64,000 nucleotides of DNA from the IMG/VR virus record IMGVR_UViG_3300016457_001349; one strand, 5' to 3'. Position 1 is the stretch's first letter; each line of letters starts with the position of its first letter. The notes under the pieces are model-generated. The model did not search any database and was not told where the DNA came from. It saw only the letters and a program-made list of their open reading frames with translations. Positions 27,348 to 37,175 of the stretch are shown here, piece by piece. Position numbers and translations under genes: made by a program. The stretch comes from an uncultured virus (IMG/VR IMGVR_UViG_3300016457_001349) (Duplodnaviria > Heunggongvirae > Uroviricota > Caudoviricetes).

Positions 27348-28781
27348 TTATTCCTCTATTTTAAATGGAACCATCCATTGAATATATCTAGCCCAACTTG
27401 CCTGAGGAAAAATCTCAGAGGGTGAAATTAAATCCCAGGGTTTTCCAGTCCCATCCGTTCCAAAATTAGGATCATCGCCCCTTGGCATGTCTAAGTTATC
27501 CCAAGAATTTCCATCGGAATCATAAGAAGGGGCCACTGAAGCCGTGCGATAATAGATGCAAAGTTTAGTGCCACCATGCCAGGTGCCTAAGTAAGAATTT
27601 GAGCCCTCCCAATTCCTAAATGAAAGTGAGGTTGCAAATCCAGTCGTTCCCACATCAATTACGCCTGAAATAAAAGTACCTTCAGTTGCATAATTGCCTT
27701 CAGAACCCGCAAGCTCAACCCTTTGCTCAGTTCCAGACGTTCCCTCAATTTCAGTATCATATAAAGATGAACCAGCCATCGTAGCAGGTCCAAAATCAGT
27801 AAAGTAATAATTGCACCCTACCGAGCCTATTTGAACCTTAGGACCTAAAACACAAGGAGGGAAGGCTTGAGCATTATAATAACCAGAGGGATCTTGGGGA
27901 TCTTTACGGAACTGAACCAGATAGAAAGAGGTTGAATAAGAATCTAAACTAAGATCGGAAAAATTTCTTTTCTGAATTTTTCCACCAATAGCAAGATAAA
28001 ACTTATCGTGATTAGTTCTATCAAAGCAAAAACCATGAATATAATCAGAAAAGGTTAAAGAACCTAACTCAGTTCCTTGAAGATTATATTTTATAAGAGT
28101 ACCTTCCGAAACAGGATTATATGCCGTCAAGAACTCAGTAGCGGTTCGAGTTCGGTTCCATGGTGTGAGGATCCAGTCTGCAAGCCATGCCTTTCCCCAT
28201 TTAGAAGTGCCAAACACGTCCTTTCGAGCAATAAAATCTGCATCAGCCTTACTCAGTATCACATTGGATTCATCATCGAATGCAAAACACTTACAAGCAT
28301 CATTCCAAATAAATTTGATAAAACTCCCATTCGCAAAAAAAGTCTTTAGATGTGAGCCGCTTGAGTCATTTCCAACTAAATAGCGAAAATCTTTAGAAGG
28401 TCTAATGGAATCTATATTTGAATCCAAATCAATGGTAGCATAAGAAAGATCTGAGTTAAATAAAAATAAAGTGGTAGAATAGTCAGGATTATAAGCCCAC
28501 AAACGATCGTTTGAATCGACTATAATAGGTTGATAACTTCCTGTAATTTCAGAAATAAGGCTTCCATTTTCAAGGTTTCGTTTCTGAAGATAATTTTCAG
28601 AGCTTTTTCTAACTCTTGCATAAAAAACTGAGCCTCTAGGATTGATAGCAATTCCTGAAATTAGGCTAAGCTCTTCTGTGTACCAACCAATTTGAAGATT
28701 GGATTGAAATGCCATAAATCTTCGAGATTCACCGACAGTCCTTTGAACTTCGGCTATAAAGGCTAGGTCATTAATATTCAT
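27348..28781 (-). CDS. Virion tail appendage: beta-propeller-like N-terminus + shared C-terminal module
   Basis: GTFISGVIDVG...GGTKLCIYYRTA...RYIQWMVPF. Confidence 0.6.
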   Translation of the reverse strand: MNINDLAFIAEVQRTVGESRRFMAFQSNLQIGWYTEELSLISGIAINPRGSVFYARVRKSSENYLQKRNLENGSLISEITGSYQPIIVDSNDRLWAYNPDYSTTLFLFNSDLSYATIDLDSNIDSIRPSKDFRYLVGNDSSGSHLKTFFANGSFIKFIWNDACKCFAFDDESNVILSKADADFIARKDVFGTSKWGKAWLADWILTPWNRTRTATEFLTAYNPVSEGTLIKYNLQGTELGSLTFSDYIHGFCFDRTNHDKFYLAIGGKIQKRNFSDLSLDSYSTSFYLVQFRKDPQDPSGYYNAQAFPPCVLGPKVQIGSVGCNYYFTDFGPATMAGSSLYDTEIEGTSGTEQRVELAGSEGNYATEGTFISGVIDVGTTGFATSLSFRNWEGSNSYLGTWHGGTKLCIYYRTASVAPSYDSDGNSWDNLDMPRGDDPNFGTDGTGKPWDLISPSEIFPQASWARYIQWMVPFKIEE

Positions 28782-29530
28782 AGCTCTCTTTCCTTTTCAG
28801 TGCTTAAAACTTGTTTTATATTTGCAATTACTTTTGATGGCAATCTTTCACCTCTTACTATTAAAACTTTTCTGCCAGTTGGAATCATTCGCCCCTCAAC
28901 TGGTTTAAAAATGAATTCTTTTGCCTTTTTAGGTCTTTCCAAAAGTTTTCTCTGAGAAGTCTCAAACGCAATTGGTTTTGGTGTTTTTACCCTTGGAATA
29001 TTAGGCTGCGCAAAACCCTTTCGAATTGGTACTCTTTTATAAACTTCTCTTCTAGGTCGCCTAGGTAAGGTGGAAACCCCTTTTGTAGAGGCTGGTAATG
29101 GTGGAACATAATATAAGGCTCCAATTCTTACGAAAAAAACCTTAGGGTTGTTCTCGCGTCTCTTTACTCCAATTTTAGTAAAATAAGTAAACGGGGTAAT
29201 GCCTTCGGCCGTGATTTTTCCGATTTCTATATCGAATAACTTAGCAGAAACCTTTTCAACCTTTCCACCAAGACCAATTTCAACTTCAAAAAGCTGGGAT
29301 GGTGAAACTAAAACCTTTCCACCAAGACCAATTTCAACTTCAAAGAGCCGAGGAGGTAAGGCAAAAGCCTTTCCACCAAGACCGATTTCAATGTCAAAGA
29401 GCTTTGCAGGAGACTTCTCAGAATATCCACCTAGACCGATCTCGAAATCAATCAACGAAGCGGATTGAGAACCAGTGGATGGATTAGAAAGTCCTATTTC
29501 TGTATTTAAAAGTTTAGAAGTATCAGCCAC
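28778..29530 (-). CDS. Repeat protein (16-aa LF[DE]xEIGLGG repeats) with basic C-terminus
   Basis: Six EIG repeats in the N-terminal half; Arg/Lys/Pro-rich tail; directly after the tape measure gene. Confidence 0.65.
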   Translation of the reverse strand: MADTSKLLNTEIGLSNPSTGSQSASLIDFEIGLGGYSEKSPAKLFDIEIGLGGKAFALPPRLFEVEIGLGGKVLVSPSQLFEVEIGLGGKVEKVSAKLFDIEIGKITAEGITPFTYFTKIGVKRRENNPKVFFVRIGALYYVPPLPASTKGVSTLPRRPRREVYKRVPIRKGFAQPNIPRVKTPKPIAFETSQRKLLERPKKAKEFIFKPVEGRMIPTGRKVLIVRGERLPSKVIANIKQVLSTEKEREL

Positions 29531-29531
29531 A

Positions 29532-32500
29532 TTACAAAGTTTCCTTTATAATTTCAGCTTTCGCCGTATGAACCTTTTCTACAAAATCTTGAAAATCATA
29601 GACATCGCCCATCACTTGAATAACCACACCACCTTCAGTTGGGGAGGGTAAAGCACCCTCAGGTGTTATACTTACTCTTTCCGGGCCAGCTTCGCCAGCC
29701 AGAAAAAGAGTTGGCCTGGTAACCATACCCTCAAACCCTTGAGCTGCTTTCATAAATGCTTTCTCGCCAGCTTTCAGCACACCAGCGCCTGTGGCTAATG
29801 TAGCAAATGCCACAAAGGGATTAAAACTAGAGAAAGCAGATTTAGCCAGTGCCCAATAGGCAGCCCTTTTCATCTCACTTGCCGTTTTTTGGGTAAGTTT
29901 GTAGGCAGCAACTGAACCAGCAACCTGAATGGCCTGAGTTACAACAGCTTCTTTTCTTATTTGTTTCATAAGATCTAATCTTCCCTCTTCACTTCGGTAA
30001 AGGCTTCTAATTCCAAATAATTCTAGAGTCTTCTGTAAGAACCACATTGCAGCTATCTCAGAAATTTTTCTTTTTAGAAAATCAAAGAAAGAGGTCCATA
30101 ATTCCTCTCTGACTTCTTTGAAAGTAGTTTCTTTATCCATGGCTGAAACGAAGAAATCAGAAAGAATAGATTCCATCTCTGAAAAAGAGCTGACCATCGT
30201 ATCCCTGACTCTATTGGTAATATCTTCATAATAAGCAAGTAGCTCAGCTTTAAGAGAATCCCAAAACTCCCTATTAAACCAATCAGATGGGGCCAATCCA
30301 ATATCTTTTAGGGCTCTCAGGGCTTCTTTTTGCAGTTCTATTGAATTCGCCGCATCTTGATGGGCTCTATAATATTCTAGGGCCGCCTCCACTTGTTCTC
30401 GCAGCTCTTCTTTAGAGACCACCATTTTATCATGGATTCTAAGAAGGCTTAACTCTCTTTCGTTTAAAAACTTATTGACTTTATTTTCCAAATATAAATT
30501 TTCATTTATTCCTTCTTTGATATAATTTTTGAGTTGATAAATTTTCTTTTCAATCTCTTCCCTATTTTGCATCAAAGAAAGAATTTCCTGATTAGCACCA
30601 CCAATTTTCTCGAGTCGCTTTATTTGGTCGTTGAGAACCTTAATCGCTTCCTCATATCCACTTAAAAGCTCCCTTTGAGATATTTGGTTTCTTTTTCTTT
30701 TTAATTCAAGAATTCTAATGGTGGTTGAAAGGGCTCTGTTTTCCTCAGTAATATTAGAAATAGCTTGTCTTCTAGTTTCCTCAATAGTGGATTCAATTTC
30801 TTTTTGAATTTTAAGCTGAAGGGAAATTAGCTTTAGTTTTTGAATCTCATTTGCAGTTAATTCAGCTTTCTTTATCTTTTCGATTAAAATATCACCAAGT
30901 GTTTTGAACTCTTCTACCGTAATCTGATGCGTATCTCTTTTCAGTTTTAAAATCTTGAATTCTTCATTGAACTGACTCATAAGTTTGGTAAGCCTATCAG
31001 TTTCACCTTTGAGGTCTTTTCTATTCCAAAGATCTAATTGCTTTGCGATTTTTAGTTGTAGTTCAAAATTCTCGTTTCGTTCTTTTAATTTTTCAAGTGC
31101 ATCAGTGAGAAGAGAACGAGCCTTTTCTAGCGAGATGCCCCATTCCAGATTATATTTTCCAGCCTCGGCCTTGAAAAGTACCATTTTGTACCATGTGTCG
31201 GTAATTTTCCGGCTTGTAATCTCATTTGAACTCAGCAATCTGGACCATTCAGCTTCCCTTTCGGAAATCTTAGTATAGTACTCAGTTAATTTTTCAAGGG
31301 TAGAGCGAAGAGTATCAAGATTCCTTATTGCCTTTTCATCACCTTTGAGAATGAATTTTTGAAGATAAGTTAGCTTATCATATTGGCTTATAGTTCGTTG
31401 GATGTCTGCTATTCTTAATTCAAGAGCTGCTTTTTGATTTCTAAGAATTTCTAGACCCTGCTCAGAGGCTTCGGTTTCACTATAATAAAATGAGACTATT
31501 TGATTTAGAAGTTCAGAGCTTTTAGAAAGCACAGAATTCGTTTCTTTCCAGGTTTTAAAAGAATCATCTATCTTTTTCCCAATCAAACCGGTCAGGACCA
31601 AGATTCCCATTAAAGTTCCCCTGACCGGAAGGGTCACAAGAGAAATTGCTCGCCAAGCATCTTTGATTCCAATAGAACCTTTCAGGGCTAGCTTTAGAAT
31701 TCCAACTATTTGCCCTAAAGAACCTTTACAGGCCACAAAATAAGTCAACCAAGCCTTTTCAAGCGCAAGGAAAATTCGGCTTCTTTCAATGACTGTGATT
31801 AATAAGGGCATAAATGAAGCCCAGAATATAGCACCTAAACCTCCTCTTAAAGTCACCAAATCTACTATTTTTTTGGTTGTAATGAAAAAATTTCCCAAGC
31901 TAATGGCAGCCTCTTTAGCCCTAATATAAATTTCTTTAATAGATTCAGCTATTCTTAAAAGCGCAGTTCGACTAGTAGCAATTTCTCTTAATCTTTTATG
32001 AAGATTTGCAAAATCTTCACTCACTAGGGTGAAAACTGCTTGTCCAATTTTGTATTTTAAAATAAAGAAAACGTCTTCAAGGTTAGAGAGCAACCCCTTA
32101 AAGGTGAAAACCATTTTGTGCATGGCATCAGGAAATTTGGTCCGAATTATCGATGCGAGGGCCTCGGCTCTGTCACCAGTTTTCATAAGGGCAGCGTTGA
32201 ATTCACTCATACTAATACCCATTCTGGCAAGCAAGCGATTGGTCTGTTGCGAACCCAGAACAACCTTTCCAAACCGAACGGCCATGTCCGATATGCTAGT
32301 TCTCATCATCGCAGCCCAATCACCTACATATTTTAGATATTTCTGAGTGGCAACACCAAAGGACTGCATTCGAATAGAAGCGTCGATTACATCCTTTATA
32401 ACAAAGGGGGTTTCGATCGCAAATTTAGTGAGCCAATCTAAAAGCTCTCGCGCCCTGGGAAGCGAACCTGCCACAACACTTAATTGCTCCCTAAAATACT

Positions 32501-32732
32501 CCATCTGGGCGTTTGCTTCTATAATGCCATATCCGACCTCCTTGAAAAGTAATCCTAATCCTCTGATGATTTGAAACGAAACATAAGCCTTCGCCACAGA
32601 ATCCCATCTATGGAGCATGGAATCCACAAAATAGTTATGCTTTTCAATACTTTTAGAAACGCCCTCTATGGCAGATTCGGCCTGTTTCGCTCGCTGAACA
32701 TCAAAGGTAACTTGAATCTCAGTTCTAAGCAT
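29532..32732 (-). CDS. Tail tape measure protein
   Basis: FAIETPF and TFKGLLSNLED tape-measure motifs; long coiled coils; C-terminal PTLFLAGEAGPERV. Confidence 0.92.
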   Translation of the reverse strand: MLRTEIQVTFDVQRAKQAESAIEGVSKSIEKHNYFVDSMLHRWDSVAKAYVSFQIIRGLGLLFKEVGYGIIEANAQMEYFREQLSVVAGSLPRARELLDWLTKFAIETPFVIKDVIDASIRMQSFGVATQKYLKYVGDWAAMMRTSISDMAVRFGKVVLGSQQTNRLLARMGISMSEFNAALMKTGDRAEALASIIRTKFPDAMHKMVFTFKGLLSNLEDVFFILKYKIGQAVFTLVSEDFANLHKRLREIATSRTALLRIAESIKEIYIRAKEAAISLGNFFITTKKIVDLVTLRGGLGAIFWASFMPLLITVIERSRIFLALEKAWLTYFVACKGSLGQIVGILKLALKGSIGIKDAWRAISLVTLPVRGTLMGILVLTGLIGKKIDDSFKTWKETNSVLSKSSELLNQIVSFYYSETEASEQGLEILRNQKAALELRIADIQRTISQYDKLTYLQKFILKGDEKAIRNLDTLRSTLEKLTEYYTKISEREAEWSRLLSSNEITSRKITDTWYKMVLFKAEAGKYNLEWGISLEKARSLLTDALEKLKERNENFELQLKIAKQLDLWNRKDLKGETDRLTKLMSQFNEEFKILKLKRDTHQITVEEFKTLGDILIEKIKKAELTANEIQKLKLISLQLKIQKEIESTIEETRRQAISNITEENRALSTTIRILELKRKRNQISQRELLSGYEEAIKVLNDQIKRLEKIGGANQEILSLMQNREEIEKKIYQLKNYIKEGINENLYLENKVNKFLNERELSLLRIHDKMVVSKEELREQVEAALEYYRAHQDAANSIELQKEALRALKDIGLAPSDWFNREFWDSLKAELLAYYEDITNRVRDTMVSSFSEMESILSDFFVSAMDKETTFKEVREELWTSFFDFLKRKISEIAAMWFLQKTLELFGIRSLYRSEEGRLDLMKQIRKEAVVTQAIQVAGSVAAYKLTQKTASEMKRAAYWALAKSAFSSFNPFVAFATLATGAGVLKAGEKAFMKAAQGFEGMVTRPTLFLAGEAGPERVSITPEGALPSPTEGGVVIQVMGDVYDFQDFVEKVHTAKAEIIKETL

Positions 32733-33231
32733 AGAAATGATCCTTTAGTTCTTTTAAAATCTTTTCTTCTAAAGTCTTTGAAAAACCAAATATTTTTCGA
32801 GAAGGCACTTTAACAGTTTTTTTGCCAAAAATTTTGGTGGTATATCCCTTGTCATGCAGGCCCGCGATCCATTTATCCTCTGTAAAAACACCAGCCCTAA
32901 CTTTACTTTCTTCGATTTTGTAGTCTATTTGGTTGTAAATATGTTTTCTGGTTTCTTTCAGGATCTGATCGGCGCCGGCTCTTATTCCTCTTTTCTTCCG
33001 AATTTCTAAAGTAGTCTCAGATAAGGGTGCAAAAGATTTCCCGCTAGGTTCCTTATTTTTTAATAAGCCGGTATTAAACCCTGAAAGACCCTTAAGGGCT
33101 CTTACCATTAGAGCTGCGATTTTTCTTTTTAATTCTCTCTGAATCGGTATATTAAACCGCTTGGGAAGTACTAACCAAAAGTTCATAACGTGCCCATCAA
33201 CGGTATGTCTAATTTTTGCTTTTACGGGCAT
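32725..33231 (-). CDS. Phage virion morphogenesis protein (Mu gpG-like)
   Basis: PSGKSFAPLSETT, ILKETR, AGLHDKG, VPSRKIFGFS. Confidence 0.75.
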   Translation of the reverse strand: MPVKAKIRHTVDGHVMNFWLVLPKRFNIPIQRELKRKIAALMVRALKGLSGFNTGLLKNKEPSGKSFAPLSETTLEIRKKRGIRAGADQILKETRKHIYNQIDYKIEESKVRAGVFTEDKWIAGLHDKGYTTKIFGKKTVKVPSRKIFGFSKTLEEKILKELKDHFYA

Positions 33232-33604
33232 TTTCCTCTTCTTTCTCCTTTAAAATTTTAAGTTTTTCAACGGTAATAATTTCCCTAATTTCAAAGAATA
33301 AATTTGGGTTGTCTAACACAACAGGCGCACAAGGAAGATTTATTAAGTCGGTTCCATTGGGTCCGCCATGGGTTAAATCATAAAGCTCAAGTGCCCTTAA
33401 AGTAAAGTGGTCGAGTGGAAAGCTCTTGGGGCAAATTCCCAACTTTCTTAGAGCTAATTCGATTGGATATTTTTCTTCTAGTTCCTCCAATTCTGAATCT
33501 AGCTCTAAGAAAGAATGCAAGACCTTTCCACTCCTTACCTTTAAGGGTTCCTTTTCAAGATCCCGGTTTAATAAGCATAGTCTCCCAGGAGTCCGATTCT
33601 TCAT
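33209..33604 (-). CDS. Tail assembly chaperone C-terminal (gpT-like) part, reached by -1 frameshift
   Basis: This frame is open back to the slippery AAAAAAC at 33679-33685. Confidence 0.75.
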   Translation of the reverse strand: MKNRTPGRLCLLNRDLEKEPLKVRSGKVLHSFLELDSELEELEEKYPIELALRKLGICPKSFPLDHFTLRALELYDLTHGGPNGTDLINLPCAPVVLDNPNLFFEIREIITVEKLKILKEKEEENARKSKN

Positions 33605-33657
33605 TGTTCGCTTTTCACAAAGCTCGCAATCATACTTAGAAGGATCGACCGTTAAAT

Positions 33658-34047
33658 TTAATCGGACTCCTCTTCTGAGTTTTTTCTCTCATCCTCGTTT
33701 AGGCTAGAGATTCCAAGCAAGAAATTGTCGATCTCGGCGCCAGCTTCAACATCCGAGAGATGAGTCATAAAGTAAAGAATCTTATCTTTGTCGGTGATCT
33801 CATCATAAACTGTGCCATCAATCTCAACATTCTTGATCTTTACGATTCTCTCCCGATAAATTTTATGCAGCGCCTGAGCCCTCTTAACTCTTACTTCTTT
33901 ACCCTTGAATGAGGACGAAATAGAGTCTTGGTACCTGTCATATTCTCCCTTAGAGAGAGGTTTGGCATATATTGTAGTCGGTTTTAGTTGATGTCTCTCG
34001 CTAGAGGGAATGAATTCTTTGACTTCGAAATCTAAGGTCTTTAACAT
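33658..34047 (-). CDS. Tail assembly chaperone (gpG-like)
   Basis: Lies between tail tube and tape measure genes; ends ...DERKN at a slippery site; GGAGG SD. Confidence 0.8.
   Translation of the reverse strand: MLKTLDFEVKEFIPSSERHQLKPTTIYAKPLSKGEYDRYQDSISSSFKGKEVRVKRAQALHKIYRERIVKIKNVEIDGTVYDEITDKDKILYFMTHLSDVEAGAEIDNFLLGISSLNEDERKNSEEESD
33679..33685 (-). other. Programmed -1 ribosomal frameshift site A AAA AAC
   Basis: In-frame AGA AAA AAC; the -1 frame reads KLRRGVRLNLTVDPSKYDCELCEKRTMKNRTPG, continuous with 33209..33604. Confidence 0.8.
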
Positions 34048-34073
34048 AAGAACCTCCTTTTCTTTTTTTTAGA

Positions 34074-35171
34074 TTAAGTTTGTTGATCAACGCCACTTCC
34101 TAGATATTGGGTCTGAAAAGCAGTTCCAAAAACCTTGCAAACCGAAACTTTGGCCTGAAGTCCATTAGAATCCGGATAGGCCCGAAACGGCAAAGTGTAA
34201 TTCAAAACAGCCTGCCCACCAGGAAGCTGAGGCTCAAAAGGTCTTAACTTGAGACAATTCATTGTAATTTCCATCCAGTCCTTATTAGAATTCTGCCACC
34301 GCATTGTAAGGGAGCAGGAACCGTCAAAATGGATAAGCTGATTGAGATAATAAGAATCGGTAAACTCAAGATCCAATGAAACTTCTGTAATTACCTTATT
34401 CTGGAACGGAAATTTGGAAAAACCTTTCTTTCCAATCTTTCCAAATTCAGAAAGCCCTAAATTCGAAGTAAAAGCAAATTTACTTATTTCCAAATTCACA
34501 CTTTCACCGCGCCTGGTAAAAGAAAGAGTGCCTTTCCAGTCTGTATATTGGCTTACCTTGAATAGAGAGCCAATAGATTCTACTCCAGCTTCGGAAACAT
34601 GAGTCGAATCTACATCTAGAAATTTGAAGGTGGGGTTCACTACTAAATCAGCACCATATTCTTGAGTAATCTCTAAAACATCAACGATCCCATTTCTGAA
34701 AAATAAGGAGTTTGACCCTTGGACCGAAAAACCATAATGTCTTAAAACAGAAACGGGATAAACAGAATATGCAACTGGAGAAGTTCCGCCTAACAAAGTA
34801 CCCCATTTCGATCCAGTCCAAGATGGTTGTTTCTCGATATATGAATACGAAAAAGTTCCAGTACCTACTTCAGCAGAGCCTATGACTGTACCCTGAAATG
34901 AAACGGCTTGAAAATGAGACATTAAAATTAAGAGCAAGTCATCTATTCTAGGTTGAAACTGAAAATTCCCTCCTGGCTTTCTTTGTTCGACAGAGTAAGT
35001 CACAGCGTCGGAGAGGCGGGCACCAACCATCTTGTCATCTCTTTCTTTGACTTCTTGTCCGACAGTTAACCCGTCGGAATCCAACCAGGGAATGATTCCT
35101 CGATTAACATCCGAAGAATCCCAACCCTTATAGTTTTCAAATATGATTATTCTTCCTTCCCAACCTACCAT
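34074..35171 (-). CDS. Major tail tube protein
   Basis: Position before the chaperone and tape measure genes; PGGNFQFQP, V..LEIT, EVSLDLEF and LPFRAY patterns of siphoviral tube proteins. Confidence 0.75.
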   Translation of the reverse strand: MVGWEGRIIIFENYKGWDSSDVNRGIIPWLDSDGLTVGQEVKERDDKMVGARLSDAVTYSVEQRKPGGNFQFQPRIDDLLLILMSHFQAVSFQGTVIGSAEVGTGTFSYSYIEKQPSWTGSKWGTLLGGTSPVAYSVYPVSVLRHYGFSVQGSNSLFFRNGIVDVLEITQEYGADLVVNPTFKFLDVDSTHVSEAGVESIGSLFKVSQYTDWKGTLSFTRRGESVNLEISKFAFTSNLGLSEFGKIGKKGFSKFPFQNKVITEVSLDLEFTDSYYLNQLIHFDGSCSLTMRWQNSNKDWMEITMNCLKLRPFEPQLPGGQAVLNYTLPFRAYPDSNGLQAKVSVCKVFGTAFQTQYLGSGVDQQT

Positions 35172-35186
35172 TTTTATTCTCCTTTC

Positions 35187-35675
35187 TTAAAAATTAATTT
35201 CCTCTGAGATTTTTCCAGTCCAAATGAATGAGGCTGAAAGAATCCTATCCTCATCTTCTTTTATGTACTGAATATCACCAACCTGAGAAACTGGTGAAGT
35301 ATCTAAAAGCCCCCCTAAATTGGTCAATTTTATTTTTTGTACTATTCGTCTAACTAAATCAAGCAATCCTTCTCTGATAACACCTATTACACGCTCTTTT
35401 GGCGATGGTCCCTTGACTATTATTTTGATCCCAATCTCAAAAACCTTAGTTTGAATCCTACCTACCTTTAACAAAATTCTGGGCTCTCGCAATGGAACCA
35501 GAAGAATTAAGGATCGCTTAAACTTATATTTCTTAAGTGAAGGTGATTCCGAAATTATAATTTCAGACTCGGTACAAACTGATTGAATTTCACTTTTTAA
35601 TTTTTTTAAAACGGTTGATAAGCTGGTGTCCATATTTTTTCCTCTTATGCAAAAAATCTTTTCCTTGCAACCCAA
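35187..35675 (-). CDS. Putative tail terminator/completion protein
   Basis: Size and position upstream of the tail tube gene. Likely start MDTSLS. Confidence 0.55.
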   Translation of the reverse strand: MGCKEKIFCIRGKNMDTSLSTVLKKLKSEIQSVCTESEIIISESPSLKKYKFKRSLILLVPLREPRILLKVGRIQTKVFEIGIKIIVKGPSPKERVIGVIREGLLDLVRRIVQKIKLTNLGGLLDTSPVSQVGDIQYIKEDEDRILSASFIWTGKISEEINF

Positions 35676-36403
35676 TTAGTTTTAGGGTCTTGATCGCCAC
35701 GAACTATTAGATAATCTGGATATACAATGAAAGACCAAATATCTCCCTCTTCGACCTGAACCTCGGTTGAAGTATATTCAAAGCGAATCCAAACATTCCT
35801 GAATTTATCGCCAGTTCCTAATGAGACCCAATCAGTAGCACAATAAGTACCCTCAAACCAGGACAGACCGCCATCCCAAGACCATTCAAATTCGGAACTC
35901 AGAAAATTAGAACCCTTAGTTGCAATTTTAACTACATAAGTTCTGGTATAATCAGTAGCACAGCTAGGACCATTATATCCCGAGAAATTATTATGAAGAG
36001 TGGCTTCACCTTGGTTTTCCGATCCTTTTTGTGGGGGCTGAATTCCAGTTTGAAATGGTGAATAGTCACTCTTTAAAACAATTTGTCCTTTTTGAATTTT
36101 ATGTTTAATTAAATTTCCAATTTCCCATAAGGAATTAAGCCATTCTGGAACCTCAGCAGATTCACCGAGAAAGCGCCTTCTTATCAGATAATAACAAGCC
36201 CAAGCAGCCTCCCATTCTGATAGGCTCTGAGGGAATCTCCCCGTTTCTTCAATAGTACCAATAGGTGTTTCATATCCTATACTTCTAAGCTCTTCGTTAA
36301 TTTTCCTAAACACGAAAGAGCCCATCATAGAACCCTGCGAACCAACCCAATAATCATCTATATCTTCTACTATTAGGTTCCATTCCGAGATCAAAGAATA
36401 CAT
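35645..36403 (-). CDS. Putative head-tail adaptor with C-terminal extension
   Basis: KINEELRSIGYETPI...AAWACYYL resembles gp36/gp6-like adaptors; beta-rich C-terminal domain. Confidence 0.55.
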   Translation of the reverse strand: MYSLISEWNLIVEDIDDYWVGSQGSMMGSFVFRKINEELRSIGYETPIGTIEETGRFPQSLSEWEAAWACYYLIRRRFLGESAEVPEWLNSLWEIGNLIKHKIQKGQIVLKSDYSPFQTGIQPPQKGSENQGEATLHNNFSGYNGPSCATDYTRTYVVKIATKGSNFLSSEFEWSWDGGLSWFEGTYCATDWVSLGTGDKFRNVWIRFEYTSTEVQVEEGDIWSFIVYPDYLIVRGDQDPKTNWVARKRFFA

Positions 36404-37164
36404 TATTCCTCCAATACTTCATTTTCTAAATCAGCAAAAATTAAAGAATTAGCCCATTTCAAATGAAAATAAAATGAATCCCTTTGTAATATCCAAAGTC
36501 TTTCTTTGCTTTTATCGGGATTGCTGGCTCTTGAAAATCCCTCCTCCTCAAGATGGGCGACCTTGCTTTTAGGCTCAACCCAGACTTCCCATCCGGCATA
36601 TCTAGCTCTTAAACAATAGTCTGAATCTGAGAAAATCATTCTCATCTTCTTGTCTAGTAAGCCAACCTCTCTTATCATTTCTCTTCTAAGATAAACTGAG
36701 CCAAAAGTGACCCATGATTCCTTAGTTGGCTTTTGGAAGAATTGAACCAAACCGGTTTTATGCTGCCCCCTTAAAATTGACAACCCACCGCCAAAAACCA
36801 CTTTGGAATGACAATTCATATCCAATAAAATTGAGGAAATAATTCCAGCTTTGGGATTTGACGCCATAAAAGTAGTTAGAGGTGTAATTGGATCACCTAT
36901 TAATCGACAATCTTGGTTCAAGAGCCAGACATCCTGTACGCCACCCCATTTTAAGCCATGATTAACAGCCTCTGTAAAACCTAGTGGTCCCGGAAAGGAA
37001 AGCGGCATCACAAAGGGAAATTTTTTACAAACTTCTAAACATTTTTCTTGGTATTCTGGTGTTGAGTTTTCAACCACAATTGTATCCAAATTATATGCTG
37101 ACAAATCTTTTAAAAGAGCTTCCAATTTGTGAGGTGCATTATAACTTGGAATCACTATATACAT
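36403..37164 (-). CDS. Glycosyltransferase family 2
   Basis: IVIPSYN, VVENST, GFTEAVNHGL, LLNQD, DSDYCLRA, VAH. Confidence 0.9.
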   Translation of the reverse strand: MYIVIPSYNAPHKLEALLKDLSAYNLDTIVVENSTPEYQEKCLEVCKKFPFVMPLSFPGPLGFTEAVNHGLKWGGVQDVWLLNQDCRLIGDPITPLTTFMASNPKAGIISSILLDMNCHSKVVFGGGLSILRGQHKTGLVQFFQKPTKESWVTFGSVYLRREMIREVGLLDKKMRMIFSDSDYCLRARYAGWEVWVEPKSKVAHLEEEGFSRASNPDKSKERLWILQRDSFYFHLKWANSLIFADLENEVLEE

Positions 37165-37175
37165 TTTAGCCTCCT

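Noticed and set aside
20567..28781. Diversity-generating retroelement acting on tail genes
   Set aside because: No reverse transcriptase, and no near-identical TR/VR pair differing at adenines was seen.
29200..29520. 48-bp periodic repeats (ccaccaagaccaatttcaac) as a CRISPR array or iterons
   Set aside because: They encode the EIGLGG protein repeats on the - strand.
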